DNA of 64,000 bases from Azolla caroliniana. Taxonomy: Eukaryota; Plantae; Polypodiophyta. Below are positions 58,101-64,000 of the stretch, in pieces (position 1 is the stretch's first letter; each line of letters begins with the position of its first letter). A program made the position numbers and the translations under genes. Below the pieces are notes generated by a model that made no database searches, had not been told where the DNA came from, and was given only the letters and a program-made list of their open reading frames with translations. The stretch lies in contig JBHGNT010000006.1 in assembly GCA_043228905.1 (NCBI GenBank), positions 15,500,001 to 15,564,000 on the forward strand, read 5' to 3'.

Positions 58101-59192
58101 GAATCACATTATGGGCACATATGGGATAGATGTCTCGACAAATTTTGCAGAAACCAGTTCCGGTCCAATGGTAGTAGACCATCACAACCCAGCCATTAAA
58201 CTAGTGATATAGGGTCACGAAGTTGACGGATGTATAGTCGATGGGGGTTTCAACGTCAATGTCATTAGTAAGACTACATGTGAACGATTAGGAATTTTGA
58301 ATTGGGAAGTTTGCCCTTTTTGGCTTCGCATGGCAGACACTAGATCTATCTGAACCTTAGGGTTGATTGGGAAATTAGGCATTATCGTCGACGGTCATCG
58401 TTTTGACATTTCGGTAGTGGTATTGGCACTTGACGCCCCAGGAGCGTACCCAATATTGCTCGGTAGCCATGGCTTCGGGCGGCTAACATCAAACAGCACT
58501 GGCAGCATAACTATATCAGTTTCTGACTAGGACGTAGCAAAATCCGCATACCCACTTAGGAAATGGCTGCACAACCCAAGGGCATAACACCATTATATGC
58601 AGAAGACATATATATGCTAGAAGGGGTAGATGATGCGGAGCTGGAAGGATACCTTGATGATCAACCGCAGATCGTCCAATTATTTGAAATTAATATTATG
58701 GAAACCATTGTGGACTACGTGCCCAGTAATACGCTTCAAGAAGAGGCGTACGAGCTGGATCCAAAATCATTGCTAGAGCTAAGCAGGGCACGAGCAACAT
58801 TTGACTGGGAAATGGAAATCTCACGGCGAGTCTCAGCCTTAGCATTAGAAGACGTCAATGTCGAAACGACAACGGATCCACGAGTACTCTCAATTGCAAA
58901 GGATTTACCCCTGAGTCACAAGGAAGCAATGATAGCAGTGCTCAAGGAATATAAATATGTGTTCGCTTGGTCCCATGAAGACATGAAGGGGTTGGACCCA
59001 AAGTTTTACCACCATAAGATCAACTTAGCTACCGATGTGAAACCCGTATAGCAGCGTCGATATCACATGAATCCGAATTACGCGGCTCGCGTAAAAGAGG
59101 AAATTGACAAACTTCTCAAGGCAGGGTTTATTCGACCAGTTAAGCAAGCTACGTGGCTAAGCCCAATAGTCGTAGTACCGAAGAAAAATGGC
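55160..59192 (+). mobile_element. Heavily decayed non-chromovirus Gypsy (Tat/Selgy/Phygy-like): LTR remnant (continuous with ~42434-42647), gag, protease and truncated RT
   Basis: Protease IVDGG. RT start VFAWSHEDMKGLDP...EEIDKLLKAGFI...WLSPIVVVPKKNG. Many stop codons. Confidence 0.75.
55770..56714. repeat. Solo LTR (945 bp) inserted in gag
   Basis: TGTTACCC/GGGTAACA termini. TSD TGGCG at 55765-55769 and 56715-56719. Confidence 0.85.
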
Positions 59193-61294
59193 AGAAGCAA
59201 ACCCTAAACAAACACGAACTCTCAACCCTCACGACGAGGAAGAAGAAGAAGAAAACTACTAAGTTAAAACCGCCTAACCCTAATCTAATGGTGTACCCCC
59301 TAACACGAAATGGGCAACCCTTTTACAAAGGGTGCTCGCCTCCTTTTATAGAACAAGGAGAGGGATGCGTAACAATGTGGGATAAATCCCTTATTACATG
59401 GGATCCTCTGTCCCAACTTAACTCCTATTGTTCACACGTTTTTACAAGGGTAAGTGCACATGGTGCACTCCGCCGATTCTTCTGACAATCCCCGGTTTCT
59501 CACTATGGCCCGAAATCTTCACAACATCCGCCCCCACCAAATTGCACGTCCACTAGTACGTGCCAAATCTAGAGAAGGCAAAAGATTCGGGCCAGTGAGG
59601 AACCGGTCTTTCGTAATCCGTATTCCGGCTGTCGCGTTGCCCTCGCCGGTCAGAACTGTCGGCTCTGGTTCCCTTTCCGCGTTCGCCTCGCCGTAGGCTT
59701 CTTGGACCCATCGATGGGTCATTCACTGCGATCCCGTAGTGCGTGTGCTTCCCCGTTGGCTCTTCTCTTGGCCGCATGCACACCTCTCATTCCTCTTTCG
59801 GGTGTGCCCTTTTCGGCTCGACACACCGCTCCTTAATCGGGTGTCCCCGACAGCTCACCGGAAGATCACTCTTGTCGCGTCCTAGCCCGCATGGCCTCCT
59901 TCTCTCACGTAACGCCTTGGTTGGTCAGTGCCTCTGCTGCTGCTGCCTTCGTCCCCTCGCCGCCACCTTCCATTGCCCTCGGTCTCACGTTGCCACGTTG
60001 GCCGAACAACCAGGGTCTCCAGGCAGGTGTGAAGGATCCTTCTCGGGCCTCCGTTTAGTTGGGTCACCAAGTCGTGTGCCAAGCGTGTCCAATCTTTGTC
60101 ACGCATCCGGTTCACGGCCGCCTCGCCGGCCTCATACCTCCTTTCGCTCTGCTTCCCGTCGTTCGATCACATTCACCTACCGCCACCGTCCTTTCCTATA
60201 GGACTCACATCGGCACTCGGGCCGACCGCCGGATCGGTGTGATGATCCTTGTGGGACCTCCCCTTCTGCCTTCGGTTGCCCACCTTGTTGCCGCTATCGT
60301 TCCTTACTCTAGGTCTCACGCCGGCTCTCGGGCCGACCGCCAGAGTGTCTAGAACCAGTGTGTGTAAGGTCGCGGCAGCATCGCTTCCCCTTTTCTTCCG
60401 TCCTTTCTGTTCATCACGTTCACCTGCCACCACCGATCTCTTCTATAGGAATCACGCTGGCACTTGGGCCAACCGCCGGATCGGTGTGAGGATCTCCATA
60501 GACTGCCCACCCTCAGTCCTTTCGCCTTCATCCCCTTGCCGCCATCGTTTGTCACTCTAGGTCTCATGCCAGCTCTCGGGCCGACAACCGGAGTCTCTAG
60601 AACCGGTGTGAAGGATCCTCCTCGGGCTTGTCGTCTTTCTCCGCAATTCGAGAGGGTGGCTCGCTCCAGACCCTCTCCTGTGGTACTGACGTACCGTGTT
60701 CCCAGCCTCTTCGTAGGCCTGCTCTCTCCCCTCTTCCGGATCGGTTATCCGGAAGTCCACCTCGCCCGGTTCTCGTCCGGGTCTGTTCGTCATTCTCTGG
60801 ATTGTCGGGTCCCATTCTCCTACCTCCACCATTCTCTCCTATAGGACTCACGCCGGCACTCGGGCCGACCGCTAGATCGGTGTGAGGATCTCCGTAGGAC
60901 CGGTCTTCGTTCTCTACTTCATCCCTTGTACTTCTCCCGAACTCGTTGTCGCTAATCCTCTTTTTTGCGCTTCCCTACCATCTCCCTTCTCTTTTGGTCT
61001 CGCGTTGCCATGTTTACCTCATCCAAGCTCTCATGTACCAGCAATTCGTATGAAAAGTACAATGAAGAAAATAAGTTTTAAAGGAAATAAACTAGTCTAA
61101 TGGTATGTCATTGTATGCATTAGGCTTATTTTATATATTTGTGTAATGAACATCTAAACACACATTACACGTGCACATTCATGTGTTAACATACACGTCT
61201 AACCATCACTCCTTTCATACCTATGCATATTGCATCTTCTCGATTTCCCTCGTTCCACGCGATTTTCACACTATTGTCGAAAATGTTCACGACA
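59193..61294 (-). mobile_element. Rearranged remnant of the Trp-primed lineage: LTR piece 59193-59526, PPT, GC-rich repetitive 3' region, and a second LTR end at 61294
   Basis: TTCACAACA-TCCGCCCCCACC parallels the junction at 43329-43349. Internal repeats ggcactcgggccgaccgccggatcggtgtg. TTCACGACA ends at 61294. Confidence 0.6.
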
Positions 61295-61448
61295 ACATCC
61301 AACAGTAACTAAGTTACAAAAGGTTGGTTTAAATACCAACTGATCTAGGGCAAGTGCCCTTTCTACTAATTATAAATCTAGCCTAGTATGATGTCCACTG
61401 GCCAGTGGGAACACTATCTCTATGGCAAGTTGAGTTCAATTCTCAACA

Positions 61449-62560
61449 CCGGGGAACTTGTTTTAGTCCATAAATGGTGTGCCTCAACCGGCATACCAGG
61501 TTCTCCTTCCTCTTTTCGACGAATCCTTCTGGTTGCTGCATATATATCTCCTCTTCAAGATCGCGATCCAGGAAGGCTGTCTTGACATCTAGCTGTTCAA
61601 CTTCGAGATCCATGATGGCCATTATGCTAAGCACCCTCTAAATGGATGTCATCTTTACTATCGGGGGGAAAAATTTCGTCGAAATCCACTCCCTTCTTCT
61701 ACTGAAAGGCCATCTCCACAATGCAGGCTTTGTACCTTGGTGGATTTCTGCCATCTCCTAGTTTTAGTTTATACACCCACTTATTTTGGAGTGCTCTCTT
61801 TCCTTTCGGCAACTCCATCCGCTTGCATGTGTGGTTCTCATGCAGGGAATCCATCTCGTCCTACATGGCACTTAGTCACTCCCTGCTATCAGTGTCCCTC
61901 TTCCCTTGTTCGAAGCTTTCTAGATCCCCCTCGTCTGTAAGTAGTACGTACTCTTTATCTAGAAATCTCGGGGGGGGTCTTCTGTCTCTTAGAGGGTATC
62001 TTCTTCATTTGTTCTCATCAACCGGCTCGCTAGGTACTTCCTCTTCTACTTCAGTTGGTTCATCATCCGATTCGAAGTCAGCTACTTCATCATCTTCTTC
62101 TTCGGATCCGACCGGATTCCTTACGGTCGATCTGGCTCCGGATCTGACTCTGTATCCACATCTGGCTTCCGACTGTTCGTCGATCGATCTGACTCCTTGT
62201 CCGGATCCGGTCAGCTCACCTTGTTCTTCAGTCGGCATTCGACTTCCAACTGGTTGGGAGGATGTATTTGAATTCTCTTTCTCCTAGTCAACAATAGTCT
62301 TGTCCTCCATGAAGTCTATATCTCTGCTCCCGATCACCTTCTTGATGGCTAAGTCTCATAGCCGGTAGCCAAACTCTTTGTTGTCGTATCCTAGGAATAT
62401 GCATGGTAGAGTCTTCGGGTCCAATTTTCTCCTCTAGTCCTTTGCTACATGCACATAGGCAAGATAACCAAACACCCTCAAAGGCCGGTACGTCACGTCT
62501 TTGCCGTTCCACACCCTTTGTGGAATATCTCCGTCCAAGGGTACTAAGGGCGATCATCAT
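61449..62560 (-). pseudogene. Copia integrase-RT fragment, preceded by an LTR fragment at 61295-61448
   Basis: MDLEVEQLDVKTAFL...YGLKQVPR. Homologous to 39200-40270. Confidence 0.8.
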
Positions 62561-62563
62561 CGT

Positions 62564-62694
62564 TGTTGGGATAAAAGTCACACTCCGCCCATCTTGTATC
62601 TCTAGTATGAACACATAGCTAACCTAACTATATAAGTGGGTTACTTACCTTGTAAAGAAGAGTTCAAAGGTTAATGCAACATAGTATTCTTTGA

Positions 62695-62786
<92 letters not shown>

Positions 62787-64000
62787 GCAACTATTTGTTT
62801 TCATCCTCTTGAATCATTGTTTCTGTTGTTTTCTAGACTCATTGAGAGGTCCTTAATCACGATTCCGCACAAACGACTTCAACAAGTGGTATCAGAGTGA
62901 TTTGCAATCCATTCGCAACAACAACACAAATCTGAGAAGAGAAGAATCGGATGAAGGGAAGAACCGGGTCAAAAAAATCTTACTTCCTACAGAACATGGC
63001 TTCTACATCCGATATAGGAATAGAAATCTGAATGTTTGATGACAAAAACTTTGCCCTATGGAAGGAGATGATACAATATGTATTTATCATATAGCATCAA
63101 ATCGAGGCAATACATCACAACAACAAGCTAGTCTCGATGACAGCAGATGAATGGCCTTCACTGGATGAAATAGCCAGGTCGACCATTCGAATCCATCTAG
63201 CCGAGAACGTCTACTTCAGCATAGCCAAAGAGATGATGACATTTACCTTGTGGGAGAAACTCCAGGCCATTTATGAGAAATAGTCCTCCTCATCAAAGCT
63301 CATATTGATCTGACAGTTGTTCAATATGAAGATGAGAGAGACAGATCCGGCGACCTCCCACATTAACACCTTCAGTCGGGTGTTATCCGAACTCTCCTCC
63401 CAGAGGATTAACTTCGAAGAAGAAGTGAAAACCCTTGCTTTACTTTCGAGCTTGCCGGCGAGTTGGGAGGTATTCTGCACGACTTTCACCAACAACTGTC
63501 CAAAGCTGAATCTGGACGAAACAATCGAACAAGTCCTTACTGAGGATATCTAACGAAAATCGATGGGCCTCACCATCAACAACTCATCAGAAGCCCACTA
63601 CTCGACTGAGCCAACCGGAAGTACCGATCGATGAACCAGTTGGTCAAGAAAGAGAGAGAATCGATAGCGGTCGAAGTCGAGAAATAGCCGACCAGGTGAT
63701 TTATGCACGCACTGCAAAAAAGTCAATCACAACATTTTCGACTGTTGGTCGACCAAGAGGAAGGAGAACAGTCCAAGATTCAAGCGGAACTCAAGATGAT
63801 CCAACTCGAACCGTTCTCTAGTCGGCAACCAAATCAATGTTGTCTACTCCCGATTAGGAGAAAACCTCTCTCTAGAAGACTCGGTGATTAGAGAAGTCCT
63901 CTACAGTGCGCAGACGCACAAATGTAGTTATTGAACTTCGGAGCCACATTTCACATAATCCCCAATTCGAATGGTTTTCTAACTATTCTATCGGAGCCAG
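62564..64000 (+). mobile_element. 5' part of a decayed Copia: LTR 62564-62884 containing (CT)n, PBS 62887-62897, gag from 62996
   Basis: TGTTG...CAACA termini, TGGTATCAGAG, and gag FDDKNFALWK...LFNMKMRE...LLSSLPASWE with stops. Confidence 0.82.
62697..62784. repeat. (CT)n microsatellite
   Basis: Direct reading. Confidence 0.95.

Noticed and set aside
59454-61100. Many short overlapping ORFs in the GC-rich segment
   Set aside because: Low stop-codon density in a repetitive retroelement 3' region, with no recognisable domain.

Overview
Eukaryotic, transposon-saturated window, most likely from a non-seed land plant (inferred from the TE lineages and GT-AG introns). No host gene is recognisable. 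It is a deep nest of LTR retrotransposons. These include a shared-LTR tandem array (2851-bp period) of a gag-only element with a tRNA-Trp PBS, a decayed Tcn1-like chromovirus with an apparent self-priming site, several decayed Copia elements, one intact Copia with matching LTRs, a tRNA-Trp-primed Gypsy with an FLDD RT motif, 4-bp TSD and a -1 frameshift signal, and a hAT-type MITE. The most notable content is two related Sola2-like DNA transposons: 22243-33169 (complete ends, 25-bp TIR, TCAT TSD) and 10285-~14174 (left end only). Each carries a homologous intron-containing accessory gene (unknown N-terminal domain, coiled coil, RING-H2) followed by an array of its own palindromic motif (AGCTAATTAGCT versus TAGTACTA). 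The larger element also has an FCP1-like phosphatase-fold ORF. The intact Copia carries the AGCTAATTAGCT motif and near-identical flanking sequence in both LTRs. By analogy with VANDAL/VANC, this may be a transposon-encoded sequence-specific regulatory or anti-silencing system that a retrotransposon has hijacked. That function is a hypothesis. All coordinates and alignments were read by eye.
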